Notes under the pieces: model-generated
Told to the model about the DNA's origin: nothing
Database searches by the model: none
What the model saw: only the letters and a program-made list of their open reading frames with translations
Position numbers and translations under genes: made by a program
Shown here: piece by piece, positions 46,105-56,626 of the stretch
How positions within the stretch are numbered: the stretch's first letter is position 1
Layout of the letters: each line of letters starts with the position of its first letter
Assembly: GCA_027486345.1 (NCBI GenBank)
Contig: JAIXPH010000002.1
Location: forward strand, 23,851 to 87,850
Origin: Paracoccaceae bacterium
GTDB taxonomy: Bacteria > Pseudomonadota > Alphaproteobacteria > Rhodobacterales > Rhodobacteraceae
DNA length: 64,000 nt
Reading direction: 5' to 3'

Positions 46105-46817
46105 AAGGCGTTCAGGATCGCGAAGATCGCGATCTTGGCCAAAGCCCAGACCACGCCCCAGACGATCACCAGCGAAAGCGCGCCCACCAGCGCCCCGCCG
46201 ATCACCCAGATGCCATCCCGTTCCAGCACCCCTAGCGCCATCATGCTGATGGCAATCGCGGGCAGCATGTTGCCCAAGGGGATGGGCAGGGCCAGCACGA
46301 GGGCCAGCAGCAGGCAGAAGCCACCGATCACCCGCTCGCCCAAGTCGCCGGTGATGAACAGAAGGCGCGGCACCAGCAGCCGTTCGGCCCGCGCCAAAAG
46401 CGGTGAGACTCGGCGCACCAAACCGCTGTAATCTTCGCGCGTCATCGATCTGTCGGCGATGAGGCCGGGCAGCCATGGCAGCTTGCCCAGCATCATCTGC
46501 GCACACAGATACAGCAGCGGCAGCCCCAGCACGGCGGATGTTCCCGGGATCGCCGGAAGCGCGTTGGGCAAGGAAAAGAACAGGATCAGGGCGGCAACCG
46601 CCCGCGCCTCCATCGCGCGCATCAGGTCGGTGATCGACACCCGCTCACGCCGATTGTCGGCGGCGACATCGTCAAGGATCTGGGACACGCGTTTCTTTGA
46701 CTCGGGCGTGGGCTGGTTCAGTTTGCGGAATTTGTGCCGGTTCGGCCTGCCCTTGCCCATCTCGTCCCGTTCCCTCGCGTCTTGGCCCAACCTGTCCGCT
46801 TGGCGCAGGATAGGCAA
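46101..46817 (-). CDS. exoD: ExoD-family exopolysaccharide synthesis membrane protein
   Basis: Contains LPNALPAIPGTSAVLGLPLL...LGKLPWLPG, typical of ExoD. The start may be the internal ATG at 46760. 4-nt overlap with the convergent GntR gene end. Confidence 0.7.
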   Translation of the reverse strand: MPILRQADRLGQDARERDEMGKGRPNRHKFRKLNQPTPESKKRVSQILDDVAADNRRERVSITDLMRAMEARAVAALILFFSLPNALPAIPGTSAVLGLPLLYLCAQMMLGKLPWLPGLIADRSMTREDYSGLVRRVSPLLARAERLLVPRLLFITGDLGERVIGGFCLLLALVLALPIPLGNMLPAIAISMMALGVLERDGIWVIGGALVGALSLVIVWGVVWALAKIAIFAILNAF

Positions 46818-46853
46818 GGTCTATGCCCGGAATGTGAACATAGGCGGACGGCT

Positions 46854-48560
46854 TCAGGGCAGCACTTCGAAGCGGTCCACATCCACCATACCGTGATCGG
46901 TGATCTTCAGATGGGGGATCACCGGCAGGGCAAGGAAGGCGAGTTGCAGAAAGGGTTCTTCCAGCACCACGCCCAGCGAGGCCGCCGCCGCGCGCAGGGC
47001 GACAAGGCGGTCGCGGACATGTTCAAAGGACTCAAGGCTCATCAGCCCCGCGACGGGGAGCGCGAGTTCGGCCAGAACCTTGCCGCCTTCGACCACGACG
47101 AAGCCGCCTTCGATCTGGCCCAGACGATTGGCGGCCAGCGCCATGTCAGCATACTCCGCGCCCACGACGGCAATGTTGTGGTGATCGTGGCAAACCGTGG
47201 AGGCAATGGCCCCGCGTTTCAGGCCAAAGCCCTGCACGAAGCCCGTGGCGCGGTTGCCGTTCTTGCCGTGGCGTTCGATCACCGCGATGCGGATCAGGTC
47301 GCGGCTCAGGTCCGGGCGCTTGTCGCCATCGACGGGGGCGATGTCATAGGTCATGTGTTCGGTGATGATCTTTCCGGGCAGGATGCCGATGACGGGCGTA
47401 TCGACCCGGTTGCCGCCACAGCGGAAGTGGTGGGGTTCGACGGTCGGGGCCTTGACCGATTGACGTGCGACGGGGGGGATCGTTTGGCGCGCGGTAAAGG
47501 CGGCGTCGGTGACCTGCACGCCACCGGCAAAGACCATCGCGGCGTGGCAACCCTCCAGGCTGTCGATCACCGCGATATCGGCGCGCTTGCCCGGCGCGAT
47601 CAGGCCACGATCCTTTAGCCCGAACGCCTCGGCCGCCGAAAGGCTGGCGGCGCGGTAGACGGCCAAGGGCGGGCAGCCAAGGCCGATGGCGGTGCGGATC
47701 ATGTGATCGAGGTGCCCGTGTTCGCCAATGTCCAAGGGGTTGCGGTCATCGGTGCAGAGGCAAAGGTAGGGCGAGTGCCGTTCGGTCAGGATGGGAGCAA
47801 GGGCGTGCAGGTCTTTGGACACCGACCCTTCGCGGATCAAGACACGCATCCCCTTGCGCAGTTTCTCCAAGGCTTCTTCGGCAGTCGTCGCCTCATGTTC
47901 CGTGCGTATCCCGGCAGAGAGATAGCCGTTCAGATCCATCCCGCGCAAAAGGGGTGCGTGGCCGTCGATGTGGCGGCCCTGCCAAGCCTCTAGTTTCGCC
48001 ATGCAGCCGGGGTCCTTGTGCAGGACACCGGGGAAGTTCATGAACTCGGCCAGCCCGATCACGCGCGGATGGTCCATCAGCGGGATCAGGTCCGCCGCTT
48101 CCAGCCGTGCCCCCGCCGTCTCCATATGGGTGGAGGGCACGCAAGAGGACAGTTGCACCCGGATATCCATCAGCGTGCGGGTGGAGGCATCAAGGAAGTA
48201 ACCGATCCCCTCCAACCCGCAGACATTGGCGATTTCGTGGGGGTCGCAGATGCAGGTGGTGATGCCGCGCGGGGTGACGCAGCGGTCAAACTCGAACGGG
48301 GTCACAAGCGAGGATTCGATATGCAGATGCGTGTCGATGAAACCGGGCACGAGGATTTTCCCGGTCACGTCGATTTCCTTACGCCCGGTATAGGTGCCGA
48401 AGGTGCCGACGATGGTATCGCCACAGATCGCCACATCGGTGTGCACCAATTCGCCCGTGATCAGGTCAAACACCCGCCCGCCTTTCAGCACCAGATCGGC
48501 GGGGGCAACCCCGCGCCCTTGGTCGATGCGATCTGCCAGTGGGGCCGAAGGTTTGGTCAT
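46854..48560 (-). CDS. ade: Adenine deaminase
   Basis: I chose the start at 48560 ([13 protein letters not shown]...), giving 568 aa. [13 protein letters not shown] metal site present. The 116 extra N-terminal codons of the ORF have no support. Confidence 0.85.
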   Translation of the reverse strand: MTKPSAPLADRIDQGRGVAPADLVLKGGRVFDLITGELVHTDVAICGDTIVGTFGTYTGRKEIDVTGKILVPGFIDTHLHIESSLVTPFEFDRCVTPRGITTCICDPHEIANVCGLEGIGYFLDASTRTLMDIRVQLSSCVPSTHMETAGARLEAADLIPLMDHPRVIGLAEFMNFPGVLHKDPGCMAKLEAWQGRHIDGHAPLLRGMDLNGYLSAGIRTEHEATTAEEALEKLRKGMRVLIREGSVSKDLHALAPILTERHSPYLCLCTDDRNPLDIGEHGHLDHMIRTAIGLGCPPLAVYRAASLSAAEAFGLKDRGLIAPGKRADIAVIDSLEGCHAAMVFAGGVQVTDAAFTARQTIPPVARQSVKAPTVEPHHFRCGGNRVDTPVIGILPGKIITEHMTYDIAPVDGDKRPDLSRDLIRIAVIERHGKNGNRATGFVQGFGLKRGAIASTVCHDHHNIAVVGAEYADMALAANRLGQIEGGFVVVEGGKVLAELALPVAGLMSLESFEHVRDRLVALRAAAASLGVVLEEPFLQLAFLALPVIPHLKITDHGMVDVDRFEVLP

Positions 48561-48675
48561 GTGCTCACCCGTAATTGTCCCCTGCATGGAACCTGAAGTG
48601 CCGGGCGCCGTCCAGCCCGCCTTGCATCGCGGCGGCGGGAGTGGTTGAACCAATTGGCAGAGTTGAGGGATTTTC

Positions 48676-49596
48676 ATGCATCCGCTGCGCGGCATCGGCT
48701 TCAAACTGGCCTCGGTTCTGGTGTTCATCGTGATGTCGGCGATGATCAAGACCACGGCCCAGCATGTGCCCGCGGGACAGGCGGTGTTCTTCCGGTCCTT
48801 CTTTGCGATCCCTGTCATTCTGGTCTGGCTGGTCTGGACGCATGAATTTCCGAAAGGTCTGCGAACGGCCAACCCCTTGGGCCATGTCTGGCGCGGCTTT
48901 GCGGGCACCTGTGCGATGGGGATGGGCTTTGCGGGGCTCGGCTATCTGCCGCTGCCCGAGGTGACGGCGATCGGCTATGCCGCGCCTTTGCTGACGGTGA
49001 TCTTCGCCGCGATGTTCCTGAACGAGGAGGTGCGGCTCTTCCGCCTGACCGCCGTGGCGCTGGGGCTGGCGGGGGTGATGATCGTGCTGTCGCCACGCCT
49101 GACGGTGGTCAGCGACGGCGCGGGGCACCAAGAGGCGTTCGGCGCGATGCTGGTGCTGGGCGGCGCGGTTTTTGCCGCTTTGGCGCAGGTTTTCGTGCGC
49201 AAGCTGGTGGCGGGGGAAAAGACCGCGACCATCGTGTTTTACTTTTCTGTCACGTCCACATTGCTGTCGCTGGTGACGATCCCCTTTGGCTGGGTCATTC
49301 CCACGCCGGTTGAGGCGGCGACACTGGTCGCGGCGGGGCTTTTGGGCGGGGTGGGGCAGATCCTGCTGACCTCCAGCTACCGGTTCGCCGATGCGTCGGT
49401 CGTGGCGCCGTTCGACTATGCCTCGATGCTGTTCGCGCTGGCGTTTGGCTGGTTCATCTTCGGCGAATTGCCGACGCTGACCATGCTGGCGGGCGCGGCG
49501 CTGGTGGTGACGGCGGGGCTGTTGATCATCTGGCGCGAGCGGGCCTTGGGGCTGGAGCGGGCCCGGCAAAGGAAGGCGATGACGCCGCAGGGATGA
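48676..49596 (+). CDS. DMT-superfamily (EamA-type) transporter
   Basis: 306 aa with about ten hydrophobic helices in two EamA-like halves. GAGGG lies upstream of the ATG. Confidence 0.8.
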   Translation: MHPLRGIGFKLASVLVFIVMSAMIKTTAQHVPAGQAVFFRSFFAIPVILVWLVWTHEFPKGLRTANPLGHVWRGFAGTCAMGMGFAGLGYLPLPEVTAIGYAAPLLTVIFAAMFLNEEVRLFRLTAVALGLAGVMIVLSPRLTVVSDGAGHQEAFGAMLVLGGAVFAALAQVFVRKLVAGEKTATIVFYFSVTSTLLSLVTIPFGWVIPTPVEAATLVAAGLLGGVGQILLTSSYRFADASVVAPFDYASMLFALAFGWFIFGELPTLTMLAGAALVVTAGLLIIWRERALGLERARQRKAMTPQG

Positions 49597-49617
49597 GGGG
49601 TCCAAGGGTGCTAGGAA

Positions 49618-49648
49618 CGATCAAACTCTCCGGGGGAGAGTTTGATCG
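49618..49648. repeat. Perfect 14-bp-stem palindromic hairpin
   Basis: CGATCAAACTCTCC-GGG-GGAGAGTTTGATCG, located 22 nt after the DMT stop. No U-tract. A second hairpin lies at 49740-49762 (GACCGGGAC-TTTGG-GTCCCGGTC). Confidence 0.7.
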
Positions 49649-49807
49649 TGACGCCATAGGTCTGCGTGCAGACCGCAGGGCTAAGCGCCTCTGGCGCGCA
49701 GCCCCCCGTTACGAAGCTGGGCGGGGCGGGCTGCGCGCGGACCGGGACTTTGGGTCCCGGTCCGATCCTAAGCGTTGTGTAAATCCAAGACCAAAGCAGC
49801 GCCGCCC

Positions 49808-50539
49808 TCACACATGCTGCGCGCCGTTCACCTCTAGCTCCGCACCCGAAATGTAGCTCGACTGGTCCGAGCATAGGAACCAGATCGCATCGGCCACCTC
49901 GCGCGGCTGGCCCAGACGCTGCATCGGTAGTTTCTCGACGATCTTATCTGTCCCCGGCGACAGGATGGATGTCTCGATCTCCCCCGGCGCAATTGCATTC
50001 ACCCGCACGCCCAAGGGGCCGAAGTCATGCGCCATTTCCCTTGTCAGCGCCGCCAAAGCGGCCTTTGACGTCGAATAGGCCGCCCCGGCAAAGGGATGCA
50101 CCCGCAGCCCGGCAATCGAGGTGACGTTGACCACCGATCCTTTGGCCGCCGACAACTCATCCTTCAACCCCCGCGCCAGCACGATGGAGGCGAAGAAGTT
50201 GACGTGGAACACCTGCCCCCATGTCCTCAGGTCCGTCTCCAGCGTGTTCAGGCGGCTGCCCCCCGGCCCCTTGGGGCTGATCCCGGCGTTGTTGACCAAG
50301 GCATCCAAACGCCCGTTGATCTTTTCCTTGATCGTGGCGATGGCGGCGATGGTCTTGTCCGGACTGGCAAGGTCAATCTGGATGTGGTTCTCCTCGCCCC
50401 CCGGCCAAGGGCAGCGCGGATCGAAAGGTTGGCGCGAACAGGTCAGCACGCGCCAGCCTTCGGCGGAAAAGCGTTTGACCGTGGCATGCCCGATCCCGCG
50501 AGAGGCCCCGGTCAGGACGATGGTTTTCTGCTCAGACAT
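49808..50539 (-). CDS. SDR-family oxidoreductase
   Basis: I chose the start at 50539 ([17 protein letters not shown], with GGAG upstream); the ORF extends to 50563. YSTSK active-site motif present. Confidence 0.85.
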   Translation of the reverse strand: MSEQKTIVLTGASRGIGHATVKRFSAEGWRVLTCSRQPFDPRCPWPGGEENHIQIDLASPDKTIAAIATIKEKINGRLDALVNNAGISPKGPGGSRLNTLETDLRTWGQVFHVNFFASIVLARGLKDELSAAKGSVVNVTSIAGLRVHPFAGAAYSTSKAALAALTREMAHDFGPLGVRVNAIAPGEIETSILSPGTDKIVEKLPMQRLGQPREVADAIWFLCSDQSSYISGAELEVNGAQHV

Positions 50540-50692
50540 CGCGGTCTCCATTTTCTGACTCATTTAGTAAGTTATCTTTCGCCACAAGGGAAGCCCGTCT
50601 CAACCCGCACCCGCCTTTTCGTCACAAAATCCTCGCTTGGCATGCATGGCCATAGGCCTTACGAAAGGCCACCCGCAAAAAAGGGCCACCTC

Positions 50693-51592
50693 ATGAAACC
50701 GCAGACCAGCACCATGTCCGACGCCGCCTCGACCGCCAAGATGCTTTCCGAAGCCCTGCCCTATCTGCAACGCTATTCCGGCGCGGTGGTCGTCGTGAAG
50801 TTCGGCGGCAATGCGATGGGCGATGATGCGGCGATGGCCGAATTCGCCCGCGATATCGTGCTGATGCGGCAGGTGGGGGTGAACCCCGTTGTTGTCCATG
50901 GCGGCGGGCCGATGATCAATGAGATGCTGACCAAACTGGGCATCAAATCCGAATTCGTGCGTGGCAAGCGCGTGACGGACAAGGCCACGGTGCAGGTCGT
51001 CGAGATGATCCTGTCGGGTCTGGTGAACAAGCGGATCGTGCAGGCGATCATGGATGCCGGGGGCCGCGCTGTCGGTATTTCGGGCAAGGATGACGATCTG
51101 ATGGTCTGCGAGGCGGACGATCCCGAACTCGGCTACGTTGGTCGTCCGGTTGAGATGAACGTTCAGGTGCTGCGCGATCTGTACAATGCCGGGATCATCC
51201 CCGTGGTGGCCCCTGTTGCCACCGGCATGGCGGATAATGAGACGTTCAACGTCAATGGCGACACCGCCGCCGGCGCGATTGCCGGGGCGCTGAAGGCCGA
51301 CCGCCTGCTCCTCTTGACCGATGTGGCGGGCGTCAAGGGCGCGGATGGCGTGGTGATGACCCAGATCACGCCGGAGGAAGTGCGCGAGATGACCGCATCC
51401 GGCATCATCGCAGGCGGCATGATCCCCAAGACCGAGACCGCGCTGAAAGCGCTGGATGAAGGCGTGCGCGCCGTGACGATCCTTGATGGCCGTGTCGCCA
51501 ATGCCTGCCTCATGGAATTGTTCACCGACCATGGTGCCGGGTCACAAATCCGCTCCACCATCCCGCGCGTCACACCCCGCGTGAAGCGGTGA
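50693..51592 (+). CDS. argB: Acetylglutamate kinase
   Basis: I chose the start at 50693, with an alternative at 50714. Contains [17 protein letters not shown] and TDVAGV motifs. Confidence 0.9.
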   Translation: MKPQTSTMSDAASTAKMLSEALPYLQRYSGAVVVVKFGGNAMGDDAAMAEFARDIVLMRQVGVNPVVVHGGGPMINEMLTKLGIKSEFVRGKRVTDKATVQVVEMILSGLVNKRIVQAIMDAGGRAVGISGKDDDLMVCEADDPELGYVGRPVEMNVQVLRDLYNAGIIPVVAPVATGMADNETFNVNGDTAAGAIAGALKADRLLLLTDVAGVKGADGVVMTQITPEEVREMTASGIIAGGMIPKTETALKALDEGVRAVTILDGRVANACLMELFTDHGAGSQIRSTIPRVTPRVKR

Positions 51593-52233
51593 GCCTGTCC
51601 GACGCGCTGGCCGCGCATCAGCTGACTGTGTTGGGCGGGTTTCATCCGACCGATGAGGATGCCACACCGCCCGGCACCCAGACCTTGCTGCTGCTGGGTC
51701 CGGCAGAACCGGGGTTTTGGGCGCATGTGACCGCCGAGCCGGAATGGCAGGACGGTGAGGCTGATCCCTTGGACCGCTGGTCGCGGCGGGTGATCGGGCG
51801 CATGGCCTGTGATCTGGGCGGAAAGGCGCTGTTTCCATTTGGCGGGAAGCCCTATCATCCGTTCCATCGCTGGGCTTTGCGGACGGGGCGCATCTGGGGC
51901 AGTCCGGTGCATCTGCTGGTCAGTGCCGATCAGGGGCTGATGGTCAGCTTTCGCGGCGCCCTGGCGCTGAAAGAGCGGCTGGACCTCCCGGCCCCCGTGG
52001 CAAAGCCCTGCGACGCTTGCGAAAAACCCTGCCTGACCGCCTGCCCCGCCGGGGTTCTGGGGGCGCAGGGCTATGACGTGCCAGGCTGCCACAGCTTCCT
52101 TGACACCAATGCGGGCGCGGATTGCCTTGGCGCGGGCTGTCAGGTTCGGCGCGCTTGCCCCGTCTCACAGGGCTATGCAAGACTTCCCGAACAGTCGGCC
52201 TATCACATGAGCCGATTCCACAGGGTGGAATAA
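51589..52233 (+). CDS. Cys-rich putative Fe-S (ferredoxin-like) protein
   Basis: 214 aa with a GTG start overlapping the argB stop (GTGA). The C-terminal part has a cysteine cluster ([13 protein letters not shown] ... CHSF ... [13 protein letters not shown]). Confidence 0.6.
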   Translation: MSLSDALAAHQLTVLGGFHPTDEDATPPGTQTLLLLGPAEPGFWAHVTAEPEWQDGEADPLDRWSRRVIGRMACDLGGKALFPFGGKPYHPFHRWALRTGRIWGSPVHLLVSADQGLMVSFRGALALKERLDLPAPVAKPCDACEKPCLTACPAGVLGAQGYDVPGCHSFLDTNAGADCLGAGCQVRRACPVSQGYARLPEQSAYHMSRFHRVE

Positions 52234-52258
52234 ACCGCCCTGCCACAGGGGGGAAATC

Positions 52259-52762
52259 ATGAAGCGGCTGATCCTGACGCGCCACGCGAAATCCAGCTGG
52301 GACGACCCGCTGACCCCGGACCACGACCGGCCGCTGAACGAACGCGGCAAGGCGGCGGCGGCGGACCTTGGGGTCTGGCTGTGCTCGCGCGGCTATGTGC
52401 CCGATGAGGTGCTCTGTTCCGACGCCCTGCGCACCCGCAAGACATGGAGCGGGATCGCCCCCGCCCTGCCCGGCACCCCGGTGCTGGAGTTGAAACCCTC
52501 GCTTTACCACGCCGGACCGGATGTGATGCTGGCAGTGTTGAAACATGCCAAGGGCGACACGGTGATGATGATCGGCCACAATCCGGGCATCTCTGAATTC
52601 GCAGCCCGTCTGGTGGCCCGCGCCCCCTCGCATGCCGAATTCGCGCGCTATCCGACCGGGGCCACGCTGGTCTGCGATTTCGCGGTGGAGGCTTGGGATC
52701 AGGTCACCTGGGGCACGGGCGTGGTGGATGATTTCACCATCCCGCGCGAGGTGGTGGTTTAA
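52259..52762 (+). CDS. Histidine phosphatase family protein (SixA-like)
   Basis: 167 aa with an N-terminal LILTRHAKS catalytic motif and a later GHNP. Confidence 0.8.
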   Translation: MKRLILTRHAKSSWDDPLTPDHDRPLNERGKAAAADLGVWLCSRGYVPDEVLCSDALRTRKTWSGIAPALPGTPVLELKPSLYHAGPDVMLAVLKHAKGDTVMMIGHNPGISEFAARLVARAPSHAEFARYPTGATLVCDFAVEAWDQVTWGTGVVDDFTIPREVVV

Positions 52763-52900
52763 GCATTTCAAGCGCGACGGCTGGTGTTGCCCCGATGCCC
52801 AAAGCATCGGGGCGCGCCCGCACCGCCCCCACGGGGCGGGCGCACGTATACGTGCACCCACCCCGCGGTGCGTGCGCGCCCCTCCCTCGAACGCTGTGAA

Positions 52901-52939
52901 TCAAAATAAGATTGGCCGCGCCGAAAATGCGCGGCCAAG
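52901..52939 (-). terminator. Intrinsic terminator of the aap/bzt-type operon
   Basis: TTGGCCGCGC (52913-52922) pairs with GCGCGGCCAA (52930-52939). On the minus strand it is followed by TCTTATTTTGAT, 15 nt after the ATPase stop. Confidence 0.7.
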
Positions 52940-52953
52940 CCCTGTGCAAACGA

Positions 52954-53721
52954 TCAATGCCCCAGAATCTGCGACAGGAACAGCTTCGTCCGGTCGCTTT
53001 TCGGGTTGTTGAAGAACTCGCGCGGTTCGTTCTGTTCGACGATCTGGCCCTGATCCATGAAGATCACCCGGTTCGCCACGGCTTGGGCAAAGCCCATCTC
53101 GTGGGTCACGCAGAGCATGGTCATCCCCTCTTCGGCCAAGGCGATCATGGTGTCGAGGACTTCCTTGATCATCTCGGGGTCAAGGGCCGAGGTCGGTTCG
53201 TCAAACAGCATGATGCGCGGCTTCATGCACAAGGACCGCGCGATGGCTACGCGCTGCTGCTGACCGCCGGACAACTGGCCGGGATACTTGTGCGCCTGTT
53301 CCGGGATTTTCACCTTTTGCAGGAAGTGCATCGCGGTTTCTTCCGCCTCACGCTTGGGAACCTTGCGGACCCAGATCGGGGCGAGCGTGCAGTTTTCCAG
53401 AATGGTCAGATGCGGAAACAGGTTGAAGTGCTGGAACACCATCCCGACCTCGGACCGCACCTTGTCGATGTTCTTCAGGTCTGATGTCAGTTCCGTCCCG
53501 TCCACCACGATCTGGCCCTGCTGGTGTTCCTCCAGCCGGTTGATGCAGCGGATCAGGGTGGATTTGCCCGACCCCGACGGCCCGCAGATGACGATCCTTT
53601 CGCCCCGGTTCACCGTCATGTCGATGTCGCGCAGGACGTGGAATTGGCCATACCACTTGTTCATGCCCGCGATGCGGATGGCGACCTCGTCCGAGATTTG
53701 CATTTTCTGTGCTTCTGCCAT
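52954..53721 (-). CDS. aapP: Polar amino acid ABC transporter ATP-binding protein (AapP/BztD type)
   Basis: 255 aa with Walker [10 protein letters not shown], signature LSGGQQQR and Walker [13 protein letters not shown]. Confidence 0.9.
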   Translation of the reverse strand: MAEAQKMQISDEVAIRIAGMNKWYGQFHVLRDIDMTVNRGERIVICGPSGSGKSTLIRCINRLEEHQQGQIVVDGTELTSDLKNIDKVRSEVGMVFQHFNLFPHLTILENCTLAPIWVRKVPKREAEETAMHFLQKVKIPEQAHKYPGQLSGGQQQRVAIARSLCMKPRIMLFDEPTSALDPEMIKEVLDTMIALAEEGMTMLCVTHEMGFAQAVANRVIFMDQGQIVEQNEPREFFNNPKSDRTKLFLSQILGH

Positions 53722-53730
53722 GATGTTCCC

Positions 53731-55227
53731 TCAGCGATGGTCGGTCTTCAGCTTGCGCTCCAGATACATGGAATAGCGCGACATGCCGAAGCAGATGACA
53801 AAGAAGATGGCACCGACAAAGATGTAGGGCTCCCAATAGATGCCCTTCCAGTCGATGTCGGCGCGAACGATTTGGGTGACGCCTTTCAGCGGGTCCATCA
53901 GGCCGACAAAGGCGACCAGTGTGGTATCCTTGAACAGGCCGATGAAGGTGGAGACGATGGCGGGGATCGACACTTTCAGTGCCTGCGGCAGTATGATGAA
54001 CCGCTGCGCCTGCCAGTAATCCAGCCCCAAGGCATCCGCCGCCTCATATTGCCCGCGTGGTAGGGCGGCAAGACCGCCCCGGATCACCTCGGCCAGATAG
54101 GCGGCGGCGAAGAGGGTCACGAGGATGATGACGCGCAGGATGATGTCGAAGTTCGTCCCCGGCGGCAGGAAGTATTGCAGCAGAAGCGAGGCGGTGAACA
54201 AGAGCGTGATCAGCGGCACGCCCCGGATGAATTCGATGAACCCGACACAGAGGGTTTTCACGATCAGCATGTCGGACTGCCGCCCCAGCGCCAGCAAAAT
54301 GCCGACGGGCAGGGAGAAGGTGATCGCCGTCACGCCGATGGTGATGGCCAAGAGGAAGCCGCCGAATTCGTCCGATTGCACCGAGGTCAGGCCAAAGGGA
54401 ATGGCGTCGTTCAGAGCCACCGTCACCGGCGCGTCGATGAACAGCCACCAGACCAGCGCCACGATCAGGCCAAGGCCCGCCGCCATCCCCGGCCCCGCGC
54501 GTTTGAGCAGGGACGAATAGACCACCGCCAGCAGGACAAAGCCGAACAGCGCGCCCAGCGGCACCCAGATCGGCCCGCCCCAGAGCAGCCAGAAGCACAG
54601 CGCCGGATAAAGGCCGGTGAACCACAATAGCTTGCCCGATCCCGCCGCCGTCAGCGCCATCATCGCGCCAATCGTCAGCAGGGACAGCGCCAGCGCCAGC
54701 TTCCAGACGAAGGGCGCATCGGTCTGGCCCGGAACCTCATTCGGGACGGCAGAGGCCGCCAGTGTGACAAGGATCAGGATCATGGCCACCACGGCGCCCA
54801 GCAGGATCAACAGCTTGCGCTTTTGCCCGGCAAAGAGCACCGGCCCCATCGCGGCGAACAGCAGGCAGAAGGCCAGAACCGGACGCCACCACAGATCCAC
54901 CGGGTAGAAGCCGAAGATGAATTGGTGCCAGCGCTCGCGCACCACGGCCCAGCAGGCGCCGCTTGCGCCCTCACCCGCCGTTTTGGCGATGATCTCGCGG
55001 CATTCGCCCAAAGACCCGGCCGTCCAGACGCCGTTCAGCCACCATGGCAGGGCGGAACTGACCAGAAGCCAGATCACCACCAGACCGAACAGCGTGAGGA
55101 TCGTGTTGAACCAGCCCGAGAACAGGTTTTCCCGCAGCCACCGCACCACCCCGGCCTCCCGCAGGGGCGGGGGCGACGGGGGCAGCATTTGGGTGCGGAC
55201 GAAATTGGTTTGCGAAGGCTCTGACAT
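53731..55227 (-). CDS. aapM: Amino acid ABC transporter permease (AapM/BztC type)
   Basis: 498-aa polytopic protein. The C-terminal HisM/GlnP-type core carries the EAA loop (EAADALGLDYWQ). Confidence 0.8.
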   Translation of the reverse strand: MSEPSQTNFVRTQMLPPSPPPLREAGVVRWLRENLFSGWFNTILTLFGLVVIWLLVSSALPWWLNGVWTAGSLGECREIIAKTAGEGASGACWAVVRERWHQFIFGFYPVDLWWRPVLAFCLLFAAMGPVLFAGQKRKLLILLGAVVAMILILVTLAASAVPNEVPGQTDAPFVWKLALALSLLTIGAMMALTAAGSGKLLWFTGLYPALCFWLLWGGPIWVPLGALFGFVLLAVVYSSLLKRAGPGMAAGLGLIVALVWWLFIDAPVTVALNDAIPFGLTSVQSDEFGGFLLAITIGVTAITFSLPVGILLALGRQSDMLIVKTLCVGFIEFIRGVPLITLLFTASLLLQYFLPPGTNFDIILRVIILVTLFAAAYLAEVIRGGLAALPRGQYEAADALGLDYWQAQRFIILPQALKVSIPAIVSTFIGLFKDTTLVAFVGLMDPLKGVTQIVRADIDWKGIYWEPYIFVGAIFFVICFGMSRYSMYLERKLKTDHR

Positions 55228-55228
55228 C

Positions 55229-56491
55229 TTAGCGCACCTTCAACTGAACGGATTTGTTGTAGAAGTTCATCAGGGTCGAGATGGTCAGGCTAAGCGTCAG
55301 ATAGATTGCCATCATCAAGAGCATGCATTCCAACTCGCGCCCCGTCTGGTTCAGCGAGATGCCGCCCAGCGTGCCGCGCAGGTCCAGATAGCTGACCGCG
55401 ATGCCCAGAGAGGTGTTCTTGGTGATGTTCAGGTATTGGCTGATCAAGGGCGGGATGATGACCCGCAGCGCCTGCGGCAGGATCACCAGTTGCATCGTGC
55501 GACCGGGACGCAGGCCAAGGGCAAAGGCGGCCTCGGACTGGCCCTTGCTGATGGCAAGGATACCGGCGCGGACGATCTCCGCGATGAAGGCCGATGTGTA
55601 CAGCGTCAGCGCCACCAGAAGCGCGGTGAAGGAATGGGCGACAAGGATGCCCCCCTTGAAGTTGAAGCCCGCCAGCGCCGGGATGTCCCAATGCAGGCCC
55701 AAGGCCAGCGACAACGCGATCACCGGAACGAACAGCACGAGCAGGGACTTCCACCATGTGGTCGGACGGTCCCCCGTCGCCTCTTGCTTAAGGCGGGCGG
55801 CGGTCAGGATGCGGGCATTGGCCCAGAACGACGCCACGATCACCGAGATGAAGGCCAGGACGGTGAAGTTCACCGGGATGCCGCCGATCTCGAACCCGCC
55901 GAGGGGATGATCGACCATCGGCGCAGGGATGTTGGTGCCCCGATTGGTGATGGCGACCGTGCCGCCCAGCACCATCGACGCGGCGGGTTCCACCCCCTCC
56001 GCCGCCTTGAAATCGCGGGGCGAGGGCGTCACCTCGGACAGGATCACATAGGCCAGCAAGATCCACAATAGCACGGGAACGTTGCGGAACATCTCGACAT
56101 AGACGGTCATCAGGCGACTGACGAGCCAGTTCTTGGACAGGCGCAGCACGCCGATCAGCACACCCAGGATGGTGGCGAAGATGCAACCCAGCGCGGCGAC
56201 CGCCAAGGTGTTCAGCAAGCCCACCAGAAGTGCGCGGAAATGCGTGCTGTCATTGGTGTAGGGGATCAGTTGCTGGCCGATGTCATAGCCCGCACGCTGC
56301 CACAGGAAGCCGTAGTTGAACTCCTTTCCCCGGATCGCGAGGTTTTCGATCGTGTTGTTCAGCAGCCATGCAAAAAAGGCCGCGACAAGGATCAGAACGA
56401 AAACCTGAATCGTGACCGCACGATAGCGCGTATCATAGATGAGCATCGAGAGCCGAAAGCTGTCCTTCGGCGCGTCATGGGCAAGTGCCAT
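55229..56491 (-). CDS. aapQ: Amino acid ABC transporter permease (AapQ/BztB type)
   Basis: 420 aa with the EAA loop (SEAAFALGLRPG). It lies 1 nt from the downstream permease start. Confidence 0.8.
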   Translation of the reverse strand: MALAHDAPKDSFRLSMLIYDTRYRAVTIQVFVLILVAAFFAWLLNNTIENLAIRGKEFNYGFLWQRAGYDIGQQLIPYTNDSTHFRALLVGLLNTLAVAALGCIFATILGVLIGVLRLSKNWLVSRLMTVYVEMFRNVPVLLWILLAYVILSEVTPSPRDFKAAEGVEPAASMVLGGTVAITNRGTNIPAPMVDHPLGGFEIGGIPVNFTVLAFISVIVASFWANARILTAARLKQEATGDRPTTWWKSLLVLFVPVIALSLALGLHWDIPALAGFNFKGGILVAHSFTALLVALTLYTSAFIAEIVRAGILAISKGQSEAAFALGLRPGRTMQLVILPQALRVIIPPLISQYLNITKNTSLGIAVSYLDLRGTLGGISLNQTGRELECMLLMMAIYLTLSLTISTLMNFYNKSVQLKVR

Positions 56492-56626
56492 TGCGAATTT
56501 TCCCCTGTGAAGTCGCGCGGTTGGGTCGCGCAGCCCCGGTTATCCGGGTGCTTTTCCTTCGGCCATCGGCCGGAAGGCCGGAAAGGAAACGGGGGCACCC
56601 GCTGTGGGCGCCCCCGTCAGATCAGA

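Noticed and set aside
48561-48908. 116-codon N-terminal extension of the adenine deaminase ORF
   Set aside because: The canonical adenine deaminase N-terminus begins at MTKPSAPL (48560). The extension would overlap the divergent DMT gene start region.
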